Below the pieces are notes generated by a model. That model ran no database searches and had not been told where the DNA came from. It saw only the letters and a program-made list of their open reading frames with translations. A stretch of DNA of 64,000 nucleotides from Octopus sinensis (taxonomy: Eukaryota), in NCBI RefSeq assembly GCF_006345805.1, contig NC_043009.1, forward strand, positions 65,100,001 to 65,164,000. Direction: 5' to 3'. Shown here piece after piece: positions 13,230-25,718 of this stretch (position 1 is its first letter; each line of letters starts with the position of its first letter). The position numbers and the translations under genes were made by a program.

Positions 13230-14120
13230 CATTTATTATTCTCCAGTGTTTTGTTGTAAAGGTTTTTTCTGAAAACATTGCAAATTCTTTTTCCCATATC
13301 GCTCATAAGGCCTGTAGTATGAGAGGTGGGTTATTGAGAATGGTGCTTTGAGAATTTGTCGTTGCAAATAGAGTTTCCAGGTTCATTTCTCTATGGCTTG
13401 TATGCATTAGAACATTGTTTTTTTTTTAAAGTTACTAATTAGGCATTTCATTATCTTATCTAATTTATGCCTTTTAAAAACAACTACTCTAGGTTCAAGG
13501 TTTTGAATTTATCAAAGATGAATTCTCCAATCTCATCGCAGACTTCTACCCCGTCAAAATATCCATCATAAGGATTGGTATCTTTTATTGATTCAGAGTA
13601 TCCTTCGAAAAGCAGGGACTTCCTTCTGTATATGATCATATCAACATCGCAATAATTAATATTAGAACGTACCATTCCATATTCCAGCCGATTAGGGAAG
13701 AGAGAATTGAAAGACAGAGACGAAGTGTTCTACCACCTCAAGCGAGATTTTTAGCGCCACTATTGTTAGCGTCAGTTTTGCTAAAGACCGTCCCATGCCC
13801 ACTTGGGTGTTATTCGATAATCACAGTGTTACAGAACTTCTTAATTTTGTCATTGTTGTTTATTTTGCATGTTTTCAACTTCCCAGGGTGCAGCCTTTGT
13901 AGGAATTATGGGACTGCATTTGGTTAATGTTAGATGAGTTTTTAGTCTAAGGTCCCTTTTTTTTCGGTCTCATGCAGAAAGAAGATTAAGAGTCGTGATG
14001 TAAAATTTCGGTTTAGACTTTGCAATATTATTACTTTATTTAAAATCTTGCAGTGTAGATTGCTTCTGAGGGCGCTGTTTAAAAAATGTGGAATTTTTTT
14101 TCATCCATGGTAAGCAGATT
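13230..14120 (-). pseudogene. Decayed PLE reverse transcriptase
   Basis: DMIIYRRKSLLF...YFDGVEVCDEIGEFIFDK matches the PLE RT motif RKSLLF...MGSxDGAEVCELVG. Upstream KCSPIIPTK and EVVEHFVS, and downstream YRDD-like and NPPLIL remnants, are in the expected order. Confidence 0.7.
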
Positions 14121-14149
14121 TAGGATTTTATACGAAAGCATCGAAAAGT

Positions 14150-14680
14150 ATTGTTAAGTAGGACTAAGGGATTCTTCTCGAAAAAACTTGGGCGTCAGGC
14201 AACTTTTTAATGACGAACGCTCTCGAAATTTCACTTTAAATCTTAAAATAATGACAGCTTCTGAGACTTCGCTTTAAATCTCAACAAAGTAAAAATGGGA
14301 AGTTCAGATACATTGGATAAAACTTCACCCCTTTATTTTAAAAACCTTGTCGGCAACATAGATGAACAGATTTCCAGTATCTGCTCTGATAAAAGATTAT
14401 TTGACAAAGCTACAAAGATTTAGGGTAAACATTTAGTTCTCCCGTGGATTTAATCTGGTTCAACCATTTATGCAGTACCAATGAGAAACACAGTATTGCC
14501 AGAATTTCGCTAAATTGATTAATTAACGCCATAGACAAAAAAAATAATAACTGCTTTGCTTTCCAAATGAACAATCGAGCTTCACTAAGAAAATACAAAC
14601 ACCCGAGAGAGCAGAAATTCTTTTTTCATCATAATTACATTCTACATGAAAACAATGTGCGTGAAATACCCGTCCCCACC
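14150..14680 (+). pseudogene. Decayed PLE RT C-terminal/thumb region
   Basis: DFALNLN, HPFILK(N)L and ISSICSDKRLFDKA..RGFN resemble PLE RT FLDVTLNL / SNHPP.I.K.L / IS.LSS...FDKA...SGF. Confidence 0.5.
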
Positions 14681-15207
14681 CAATGCATTTCACATTAATT
14701 CCGATCTAAACGCATTCTCCACCATCTGAAACAAATTTGTAGAAAATTTCGTTAAGAATACCCATTCTTCATAAAGGTAAAATGAAGTAAATTTGGGATG
14801 GGGGCATCTTCTCTGGTTATCCCCGTAAGTAAACGTAAGTAAACTAAAACCGCTTTTCTCTTTTGGTTTTCTGTTTCTTCAGCATCTCATAACAAATATG
14901 AAGGAATACTGGTACCAACAAAGTTTGGCAAACGTTGGATTAAAGTTAGAATTTGAAGAATATTTGGACAACTTTTACAATTTCAGAAGAAACTTAAACA
15001 AGGAAATTATAAAAAGCTATCTCTCAGTGTATAATGACTATCTCGCAGTGAATGAAAATTAGTTTTGTGATTGAATAATGAAGCTGAAATATTCATTAAT
15101 AAAAGAATATTGGAAACGGTGATAAAAATCTATTGAAATTGAAATTGGTAAGAATTTTCTAATCAGTATTGACTGAATAATTGCTTTCTTACATACTGCA
15201 AATTTAA

Positions 15208-15613
15208 AGGTGGCGAGCTGGCAGAAACGTTAGCACGCCGGGCGAAATGCTTAGTTGTATTTCGTCTGTCGCTACGTTCTGAGTTCAAATTCCACCGAGG
15301 TCGACTTTGCCTTTCATCCTTTCGGGGTCGATTAAATAAGTACCAGTTACGCATTGAGGTCGATATAATCGACTTAATCCGTTTGTCTGTCCTAGTTTGT
15401 CCTCTCTGTGTTTAGCTCCTTGTGGGTAGTAAAGAAATAGAATTAGGTATTTCGTTTGTCTTCATGTTTTGAGTTCAGATTCCGCTGAGGTTGACTTTGC
15501 CTTTCATCCTTTCGGGGACGATAAATTAAGTACCAGTTGCGTACTGGGATCGATATAATCGACTGGGCCCTTCCTCCAAAATTTCGGGTCTTTTGCCTAG
15601 AGTAGAAATGAAT
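15208..15613 (+). mobile_element. tRNA-derived SINE family A, two-module (dimeric) form
   Basis: A-box GAGCTGGCAGAA and B-box GAGTTCAAATTC. Module 1 ends GTAAAGAAATA; module 2 restarts at GGTATTTCG and ends GAGTAGAAATGAAT. Confidence 0.9.
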
Positions 15614-15700
15614 ATATATGAATTTATGTTAGTGGATATATAAATATATACTTATGAATATATATGAATACATATTTATACTAAATACATTATATATACA

Positions 15701-16594
15701 CGAGGGGTACCGAAAAATAACGGGAAACGTTCTTTGTGGTTCAAACTCGTTGTAGTTCAGTCTTCCACCGCTAGAAGTCACTTGTTGCGATCCCCAGGCA
15801 TGAGTCTGCTAACCAGCGCATCGTGTTGCGTCGTACAGTGACGTGGCGTCTATGTTTAGCAGTGTTTGTAGATTTTGGCGATGGCTGAAACGGAGGAACA
15901 GCGTGCTTCCGTGAAATTCTGTTTTCTGCTGGGGAAAACGGCGGCCGAAACAGTTGTCATGTTTCAAACACTTTACAAGAACGCTGCCATGAGCCAAAAC
16001 ACAAGTTTACGAGTGGTTTTCCCCGCTTTAGGAATGGTCCCTTGTTTCTTGAAGACAAACTTCTCTCAGGGGGACCCTCAAACTCCTGAACGAATGAAAA
16101 GATTACGAAAATTTATGAACTGATCTTGGAGGACCATCACCGAACAACTGATGAACTTGTTGATATGACTGGTGATTCATGGGGTTCCTGCCAACGAATA
16201 TTGAGGGAGGAATTGTGAATTAAAAGTGTTGCAGCAAAATTTGTGCCTCGCTTGCTCACGGATGAGCAAAAGCAGTCACGACTGAATGCGTGTCGCGAAT
16301 TGAAAGAACAGTTGGAAGTTGGTCTGGACCTTTTTTCGAAGGTCATCACGGGTGACGAGAGCTGGTGCTACGGAATTTGCAAATGTGGGAGAGGTGAAGG
16401 AAAAAAACGACAGAGGCTTTAAAAGGCATCACTTCGCAAGAGTTCCAGCACTGTTTCGAACAGTGGAAAACGTGCTTGGGCCGGTGCATTGCTTTAAATG
16501 GAGAATGCTTTGAAGGCGATAAAAGTGTAAACATGTAAAACCAAGTGAATAAAATAATATTGCAAAATTCCGGTTTCTTCTGGGTACCCCTTCG
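15701..16594 (+). mobile_element. Mariner transposon with internal deletion of most of the DDD domain
   Basis: TIRs CGAGGGGTACCGAAAAATAACGGGAA / TTCCGGTTTCTTCTGGGTACCCCTTCG with TA on the right. Protein reads EQRASVKFCFLLGKTAAET, AAKFVPRLLT, ITGDESWCYG, then jumps to CFEQWK..RCIALNGECFEGD. Confidence 0.92.
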
Positions 16595-16619
16595 TATGTG
16601 CATGCATATATATATACAC

Positions 16620-16660
<41 letters not shown>

Positions 16661-17089
16661 TACACAAGCACACACATATTGTTGGCTGACCTGGGACTAA
16701 ACAGCAATTGCAGTTAAAGGAATGAGAGCACGATCGAACCCAGGAGTCTCCTCATGTCTGCTAAATCTTCTAGGAGTAATAGTTTTATTGCTTCAAATCA
16801 TACAATGTCATCAGTGGACACTTTGGATAATAAATGTGATCCTATTGAAGCTGTACCGGAAAAAGACGTGGCTGTCACTATTGGGATCAACTTGATTTCT
16901 GGTCTGCTTGGTACCATATCGATTCGCTCATAAACTAGCATTGAGCAAAATGTAAAATGTAAACAATGCTTAAACATTGAAAATATTTCATATCTCGCTG
17001 GCAAGAAAGAGTATTTAGTAAGGCAGCAAGAACATGGACAAAGCCACAAAACCATGGGAAGCACCTCTCCCCATTTGCGGCAATTAGTA

Positions 17090-17090
17090 A

Positions 17091-17162
<72 letters not shown>

Positions 17163-17202
17163 GCTGCTGCTGCTGCTGCTGCTACTGCTACTGCTACTGC
17201 CG

Positions 17203-17234
<32 letters not shown>

Positions 17235-17238
17235 GCTG

Positions 17239-17274
<36 letters not shown>

Positions 17275-17300
17275 ATAATAATAATAATGATAATAGTAAT
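17090..17300. repeat. (CTA)n/(CTG)n/(AAT)n trinucleotide tract
   Basis: Directly visible. Confidence 0.95.
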
Positions 17301-17329
17301 AAATGTTTCAAAAATAGGTGAAAGAGCAG

Positions 17330-17690
17330 AAATTTGGGAGAAGAGTAAGAATTGATCGTATTGACTCCAGTATTTGACTGATAGTGGATTTTATCCCATT
17401 CTGAAGGATAAACGACAAAGTTGATCTGGGAGGATTCTGAACTCAGAACACAAAGTTCTAAAACAAACACCGAAAGGTATTTTTGTTTCGGTTCTCTGTT
17501 ATTACATCATGGCGTAGTAATCGTTTCAATTTGACGAGTGGTGGGTTGTCGATTGACTGTAGCCATTGGTTGGTATTTCATTTGATCCATCCTAGGAGGA
17601 TGAAAGAATAAATTTGACCTCGGCGGGATTTGAAATCGGAACGTAAAAAAAATGGGATAAATATCGCAAGGAATTTTTCTGGCGCTAGTA
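17330..17690 (-). mobile_element. Two old SINE-A remnants
   Basis: AAAGTTGATCTGGGAGGATTCTGAACTCAGAAC and GGATGAAAG...GACCTCGGCGGGATTTGAA match the SINE-A body. Confidence 0.6.
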
Positions 17691-20135
17691 TTCCTATTAT
17701 TATGGTTTCTGTGGCTGTAACAAAACTGCAATAAAAACGGACAGAAAAAAGCTACGATGCCATAAATAATAACAGAAAAAAAAACAACCAAGAGCAAAAA
17801 CAAAATAAAAACAAAAGCATCCGACAAAAATTACAAAAACCAACAACAGCAACATTAGCATGAACAACAAAAGCAGCCACATAGAAAATTTTTGTTTCCG
17901 ACAAGTGTTGGTTTTGTTTGATATTTTATATTTTAGCCATTTATACATATTTTTTCATAGATCTTTTATTTTTTTAGTTTCACACCCATTTTGTTGTATT
18001 TACTACACAATTTTTCTAGTACGGATCAGTTTACTATGGATTTTTTGAAATGTCTACTATGGATTTTCCTGGTAAAGTCCAGTTTTTATCAAGCCTCATT
18101 TCCATTCAGCTTTTATAAAATTCCTTTGAAGTAAGAGAGCTATTGTAAATATTAAGAGCAACTGCGACCAGAACCTTTCATTTCATTGTCTCAAAATCAT
18201 ATCCTGCTGGTTTTAGTTTTAGCAGTTCTTAAACAAGAAAACTAAACATTATAAAACTAGAAAAAAAAACAAAAAAAAAACGAAAGAAGAAAGCAAGGAG
18301 CTAAGAGAATCAACCCGTTAACTGGAAACTGGGGTTTCGGTACCCGGATGCATACAATCCTTTCGTTTAGGAGATGAATTAATTTCTCCTTTTTTTATTG
18401 TTTCATCTAAGGATTTTTTAAAATATCATTTTATAGATTTTTTTTAGAGGAACCGAAACTATATATAAATATACATATCGAACACTGAGATTATCTCCCC
18501 TTCATATACGTAGATGATCTCAATCCTAATGGTTCTATCTTTCCTGGAAGCAAAGAAACTTTTAAAATAACAAGAATTTATCCCTCGGGACGGGGAGCTC
18601 AATTAAGATCATACGTAGTTGCTTTCCTCTATCCATTATTTGTATTATTCGCGCTCAAATTTTGTTACTCTGTACATAGATAATTTATCGAGTATTTTGG
18701 GTGTTTTCGGCAAAGCACATTACCACGTACACATGCATGAGAATGTACAAAGCGTAGCTGCGAAGATGGTGATCGTTTGACGAAGAAACACACAGACCTA
18801 AATCTCATACAATGATCGAATAGATAACAATTAACATCCTGTCATTACCATCGAACCCTTTTGTTTATCTAAATCACCCAGTGTCTCTTTACCCCTTTAA
18901 AAGATGAGGGAAACTTTCCGCAGTGATTCGTAAAGTGGCCTTAACACCATAAATGTAATTTTTCTCATATAGAAACGTCATGAATCGCCTCCAAAACATA
19001 CATTAGATAATGTACTCCGAGATACATTATGCCTGAAGAATAAAGGCGGGGAGGTCATGGGTGGGATATAGAAAGAAATGATGGCCGGGTTCTATTACCG
19101 TAACTAATAAAAATTAACGAAATGTTAAAAACGAAACGTTAACAACGATAAAAAGAAAAATATGTTGACATAATACAATAACATGGCTTTATTTGGTCAA
19201 TGAGTAAAGTATAATGAGTTACATACAAACAAGATAAACAGTGATAACCCTCCCCACCCCGATCATTTTGTTCAATGACTAAAATAAAATGAGTTAGATA
19301 ACTTGTCAGAAAAGATGTACGATTGAGTGCCTAATTATCTCGGCAAATTTACGGAAAAAGATGTAATTAAAGAAAGCCACAAAATTATCTGGGAGAGATG
19401 GAAGGTGAGGGTGTCCCTAAATGGCAATTAGTTCGACTTTGTTTTGCTGTATTTCTTCTCTATATTTGCTTTTTAATTAACCCTTAGCAAGAATGTTAGT
19501 CGAACACCGATTCTATTAATAATTTCCTTTACACCGAATTGTTTTCACTTATGTACTTACCGAAATGAATGCTGTAGGCCAGGAGGTAGAGTTTCAGCAA
19601 ATCGAATCTGCCAAACAGGTTTCCAGCGTGGGTTACAACAATTTCCTTTGATTTTCGTCACAGATATGACATAAACATTACAATTTCTCTTTTTTGCTTG
19701 AGAATTATTCTATTACATTGATGCCGACTAAAATTAGAACAGTAGATCCTGGAAGCAAATCTAGAGAACACACAGAGACACAGAGACACAGAGAGTGTAT
19801 CTTCCACTGGCTCTTTCTAATTTGTGTGTGTCGCAGCTGGTAAAGTTGATAGAGTATCACCTTATAGAACGAAGAGCGGGGTTTTGCATCTTATCATCGT
19901 TGCTGCGTGTCCCTTTATCATTGATAGCTAAATCTAAATAACTAATACTTCATTTATAGCCCCTGGTGAATTACAGTCTAACAGAGTAAACCAGATACAC
20001 GCCGTAGTGTTATCACAATACGAATTGCGGTTTATTTTCGGCGGAGGAGGAAAGGACAAGTTCCAGTAAAATTCTTTGCGTTAGGCGATGGTCTACCAGA
20101 TCGATAGTTTATAGTATATCAATACATATACATAA

Positions 20136-20645
<510 letters not shown>

Positions 20646-20954
20646 GAAACACGCCAATGACTCGTCGAGAATCGAAACAGAGAAGCGTTTCAACCTAGAG
20701 GCAAGTTTAGCAATTACGCAACCACTTCGGGGCTGCTTTTTTTTCTATTTTTTTTTTTACCAAAGCTACTTAATACGCCAGAAAATTTGAAGCAGATCAG
20801 ATAAATATTTATCTTGAGCAAAAATGTTACAAAAATTGTGGCAAAGCATGTAAATATTTCTCTTGAGCAAAAGAGAGGAAAAAAAAAAACTCAGCTTATG
20901 TTAATAGTCTTTTTGTATTGATTAACACTTTTTTCCGTCCACATTATACATGTA

Positions 20955-21007
20955 ATACATACATACATACATACATACATACATACATACATACATACAT
21001 ACATACA

Positions 21008-21080
<73 letters not shown>

Positions 21081-21393
21081 GTGTGTATGTATATACGTGT
21101 ATTTCCGTAATGCTATAGAATGTTCCAATGCCATTTTAGCATATGTCGCTGTAGGCATTAAAGGATTGAGGTTCTTTTGAGCTTGAAAACACATAGCAGT
21201 GGATTGCTTTTTCCATTGATTTCTCTGGAGTCTTGACATTTGGAGGTTACAGTGGGAAAAATTCAAGAAGAACGTTAAACGTATCAAATGGTTTTTTTTT
21301 GTACATCCATACATGCATAGAATATAGACTTACATAATGCAAACACACATATATGTACATACATATATGCACACATACAAATGTATAAGTATG

Positions 21394-21425
<32 letters not shown>

Positions 21426-21495
21426 TGTATGTATATGTTTGTGTTTGTATGTATATGTATGTATCTATCTATCTATCTATATGTATCTATCTATC

Positions 21496-21582
<87 letters not shown>

Positions 21583-21770
21583 AATTCTGTGTGTATGAGT
21601 GTGTTTATTATATATATATGTATGTGTACATATGAATATGTACAGATATTAACGTACACATATGTATTAATGTGTATCTAATGAGGTGAGGTTTAGGGGT
21701 AAGTACTGAAGTTTTGTTAATATTCATGGATACTGCAGGCAGATAGCTGCATCAATTATAACATTTAGAG

Positions 21771-21842
<72 letters not shown>
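20955..21842. repeat. (ATAC)n, (TA)n and (GA)n tracts
   Basis: Directly visible; pure (GA)n at 21771-21842. Confidence 0.9.
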
Positions 21843-21845
<3 letters not shown>

Positions 21846-21967
21846 AACATACACTTTCCATAACTGAACTATAAAGAAGTTTCTAATAATGATAACGGAT
21901 AACATTAAAACGAAGCAAGAGAATTTTATTTTGGCGGATGGAGAGGTGGATTGAGGTGGAGGAAGGA

Positions 21968-22182
21968 AATGTCTAATTTGATTAAATCAAGCCCACATTT
22001 GACTAGAACCTATTTTATCAAGGATGAAAGGCCAAACCGGCGACCACATAATTTGAAAGCCGAACTAAACGCAGCATGGCGTTTTGGTCCGTTGCTCCAA
22101 CGATTCTGCCAATCGAACGCTCAGGAGAATAATAATAATGATGATAATAATAATCATAATAATAATAATAATGATGATAATG

Positions 22183-22239
<57 letters not shown>

Positions 22240-22289
22240 TGATGATAATGATAATAATAATAATAATAATAATGATGATGATAATGATA

Positions 22290-22321
<32 letters not shown>

Positions 22322-22391
22322 GATAATGATAATAATAATATTAATAATAATAATAATAACAATAATAATAAAATAATAAAAAAATAATAAC

Positions 22392-22474
<83 letters not shown>

Positions 22475-23295
22475 TAATAATAATTTCTTATGTTGGGAAA
22501 AGCCATAAATTGTGAAGGAAGAAGCAGTCGATTAAATCGAAGCCACTTCTGCTATGGTATTTTATTTTATGGAGCTCGGAAAGATAAAAGTCAAAGTCGA
22601 CCCCAGTGGGATTTGAACTTAGAACGTAAAGGGAGGTAATTACATACCACATGACATTTTGACGAACACTCTACTAATTCTACCATCTATAGTAACCATA
22701 GAATCTACCACAAGGACAAAGCTAGAAATTTGATGGGAGGAGAATAATCGATTTTATTGACTCCAGTTCTTCACTGGTACTTTATTTTATCCTTTTGTAC
22801 TCAAGGTACAAGGCCCGAAATTTTTGGGGAGGGGCCAGTCGATTAGATCGACCTCAGTATGCAACTGGTACTTAAGTTATCGACCCTGAAAGGATGAAAG
22901 GCAAAGTAGACCACGGCGGAATTTGAACTCAGAACATAAAGACATGAAATACCGCTAAGCATTTCGCCCTGCGTGCTAACATTTCTGCCAGCTCTCACCG
23001 CCTTAGATAGGATTATTTTATCGTCCCCGAAAGAATAGTATGTTGACCTCATGAAGAAATTGGAGCAAATACCACCACCACCACTAACACCACCACCATC
23101 ACCACTACTACTACTACTACTACTACAACAACAACAACAAATCCTTTCTAAAACAGACTGGGAGACCGAAGTTTTGTCGGGTTGATACATCGACCTCGAA
23201 AGGATGAAAGGCAAAAATCGACCACGGCGGTATTTGAGCTCAGAACGTAAAAACGGAGGAAATGCCGCCCAGCATTTGGTCTGGCGTGCCAACCT
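21968..23295 (-). mobile_element. Cluster of five SINE-A copies or remnants (best copy 22796-23004)
   Basis: Repeated GGATGAAAGGCAAAGT.GACC.CGGCGGAATTTGAACTCAGAAC motifs at ~22020, ~22590, ~22890 and ~23200, plus a tail fragment at 22710-22790. Confidence 0.8.
22126..22485. repeat. (AAT)n/(GAT)n microsatellite
   Basis: Directly visible. Confidence 0.95.
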
Positions 23296-23494
23296 CCCCT
23301 CCTCCCCCTCCTTCTTCTCTTCTTCCTCCTCCCCTCCTCCTCTACCCATACTCCTCTACCATCTCCTCCTTCTTCTCCTCCTCCTCTTTCAGTTCTCCCC
23401 TCCCCTCTTCCTCCTCTCCTTCTCCTCCTCTCCCAATCCTCGCCCCCAACCTCCTTCCCTTCCTCCTCATCTCCTTTACTCATTGACCAAATAA

Positions 23495-24071
23495 AGCTTT
23501 GCACATTTCTCAATGTGCTCAGACGTAGATGCACACTGCATCGACAACAGATTGCATTCCCAGAATACAGAATGATACCTTTTAGTGAGCACATTGAGAA
23601 ATGTGCAAAGCAACTACTACCACAATTTTTAATCTTTCCATTTTACCAATGTGCAATCGGATCATCAACACAAATTAGACTAAACAAGGAAACATTCTTC
23701 ATTGAAAAGTACAAGCCCAGACTTAACCATCCCAACATACTGATACAGAGAAATTCACACCAAGGGAAAACAAAAATCTCATTACCTCCCCTTATTTAGA
23801 ACTCTTTTGAACATAAACATAACGATAACCCTGTTCAACATAAACATAACGTCGCAAGAAATTTGAAAAGCTAAACGCGAAACCGGTCTTTCTTCTAAAT
23901 TATGTCATTATAAGAGAAAAAAAAATTTTAATTCTTCAAAAATTTTAATATTCTTCACATATTGACGCAAATACATATTTTTTAACATTTAAGCCTTCTG
24001 TAGTTTTTTCACTTTTTACTATTTTCTATATATTCAACCACGTGCTTTCACAAACCAAATTTCTTTATCTA
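23495..24071 (+). mobile_element. PLE 3' end (GIY-YIG C-terminus plus pseudo-LTR), copy 1
   Basis: Reads RRCTLHRQQIAFPEYRMIPFSEHIEKC..FLIFPFYQC..RLNKETFFIEKYKPRLN (PLE EN C-terminus). A 26-bp perfect inverted repeat at 23495-23521/23586-23611 marks the 5' junction. Confidence 0.85.
23856..23894 (+). ncRNA. Minimal hammerhead-like motif, U3:A8 variant
   Basis: AAGAAA-u-UUGAAAA-GC(uaaac)GC-GAAA-CCGG-UC-UUUCUU; palindromic stem III ACCGGU; GUC triplet; 2-bp stem II. Confidence 0.5.
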
Positions 24072-24080
24072 TATTATATT

Positions 24081-24116
<36 letters not shown>

Positions 24117-24138
24117 GATATATATATATATATATATA

Positions 24139-24706
24139 TAGATAAGAAATTGGTTTGTGAAAGCACGTGTGAATATATAGAAAATAGTAAAAAGTGAAAA
24201 AACTACAGAAGGCTTAAATGTTAAAAAATATGTATTTGCGTCAATATGTCTGAAGAATATTAAAAAAATTTTTGAAGAATATTAAAATTTTTTTTTCTCT
24301 TATAACGACATAATTTAGAAGAAAGACCGGTTTCGCGTTTAGCTTTTCAAATTTCTTGCGACGTTATGTTTATGTTGAACAGGGTTATCGTTATGTTTAT
24401 GTTCAAAAGAGTTCTAAATAAGGGGAGGTAATGAGATTTTTGTTTTCCCTTGGTGTGAATTTCTCTGTATCAGTATGTTGGGATGGTTAAGTCTGGGCTT
24501 GTACTTTTCAATGAAGAATGTTTCCTTGTTTAGTCTAATTTGTGTGATGATCCGATTGCACATTGGTAAAATGGAAAGATTAAAAATTGTGGTAGTAGTT
24601 GCTTTGCACATTTCTCAATGTGCTCACTAAAAGGTATCATTGAGAAAATTTGTTTAAATGTTGACACCACAGCACCGTCCATTGGACATGGGGCGTTTTT
24701 CTCGAA
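24139..24706 (-). mobile_element. PLE 3' end, copy 2 (HHR at 24319-24357)
   Basis: Near-identical reverse complement of copy 1, with a 70-bp non-PLE leader. Confidence 0.85.
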
Positions 24707-24753
24707 TATATATATATATAATATATATAGATATATATATATATATATATATA

Positions 24754-25324
24754 TAGATAAGAAATTTGGTTTGTGAAAGCACGTGGTTGAATATATAGAA
24801 AATAGTAAAAAGTGAAAAAACTACAGAAGGCTTAAATGTTAAAAAATATGTATTTGCGTCAATATGTCTGAAGAATATTAAAAAAATTTTTGAAGAATAT
24901 AAAAATTTTTTTTTCTCTTTAACGACATATTTAGAAAAAGACCGGTTTCGCGTTTAGCTTTTCGAATTTCTTGCGACGTTTGTTTATGTTGAACAGGGTT
25001 ATCGTTATGTTTTTTTCAAAAGAGTTCTAAATAAGGGGAGGTAATGAGATTTTTGTTTTTTCCCTTGGTGTGAATTTCTCTGTATCAGTATGTTGGGATG
25101 GTTAAGTCTGGGCTTGTACTTTTCAATGAAGAATGTTTCCTTGTTTAGTCTAATTTGTGTTGATGATCCGATTGCACATTGGTAAAATGGAAAGATTAAA
25201 AATTGTGGTAGTAGTTGCTTTGCACATTTCTCAATGTGCTCACTAAAAGGTATCATTGAGAAAATTTGGTTTAAATGTTTGACAACACAGCACCGTCCAT
25301 TGGACATGGGGCGTTTTTCTCGAA
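24754..25324 (-). mobile_element. PLE 3' end, copy 3, tandem with copy 2 (HHR at 24934-24972, U4->C)
   Basis: Direct repeat of copy 2 with period ~615 bp; differences are mostly 1-bp indels. Confidence 0.8.
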
Positions 25325-25415
25325 TATATATATATATATATATATATTCGAGAAAAACGCCCCATGTCCAATGGACGGTGCTGTGTTGTCAAACATTTAA
25401 ACCAAATTTTCTCAA

Positions 25416-25694
25416 AACAACTTGTCCGAACCCCCCATAGGCCTCCCCTTTGATGAACACTGACTTAACCTAAAAGACGGATTTCGACTGATGTACTTGC
25501 GCGTACAAATGCACGTTCACACGGTTTTATCGATCGTATTCTCACCTGGAATCGATTTTTGTAATTTTTTCAAGACTTATACACGCCCTGATACCGTCGG
25601 TTTCTACATATCGAATTTGAGCGCGATCGGATGGAGGATGCCCGAGATTCTAGAAGACACACGCACACACAGACAGAACGGATTTTATATAAGA
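25416..25694 (-). mobile_element. Helitron-like 5' fragment
   Basis: The minus strand begins TCTTATATAAAATCCGTTCTGTCTGTGTG, the same 5'-TC/TATATA/microsatellite layout as 59370. Confidence 0.55.
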
Positions 25695-25718
25695 TATATA
25701 TATATATATATATATATA

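Noticed and set aside
13484-13675. First read as a hAT/ZMYM transposase fragment
   Set aside because: RKSLLF and FDG.EVC plus the flanking motifs fit PLE reverse transcriptase much better.
15208-15300. tRNA genes at SINE heads (also 29200, 36433, 42078, 51865)
   Set aside because: A and B boxes are present but there is no cloverleaf, and the heads continue into repeated SINE bodies.
16700-17060. CR1/L2-type RT remnant (EKDVAVTI..LLGTI)
   Set aside because: The similarity is too short and interrupted to support without a profile search.
19694-19705. miR-137-like string TTGCTTGAGAAT (and miR-71-like TGAAAGACA at 43094)
   Set aside because: The matches are only partial, with no full mature sequence or hairpin.
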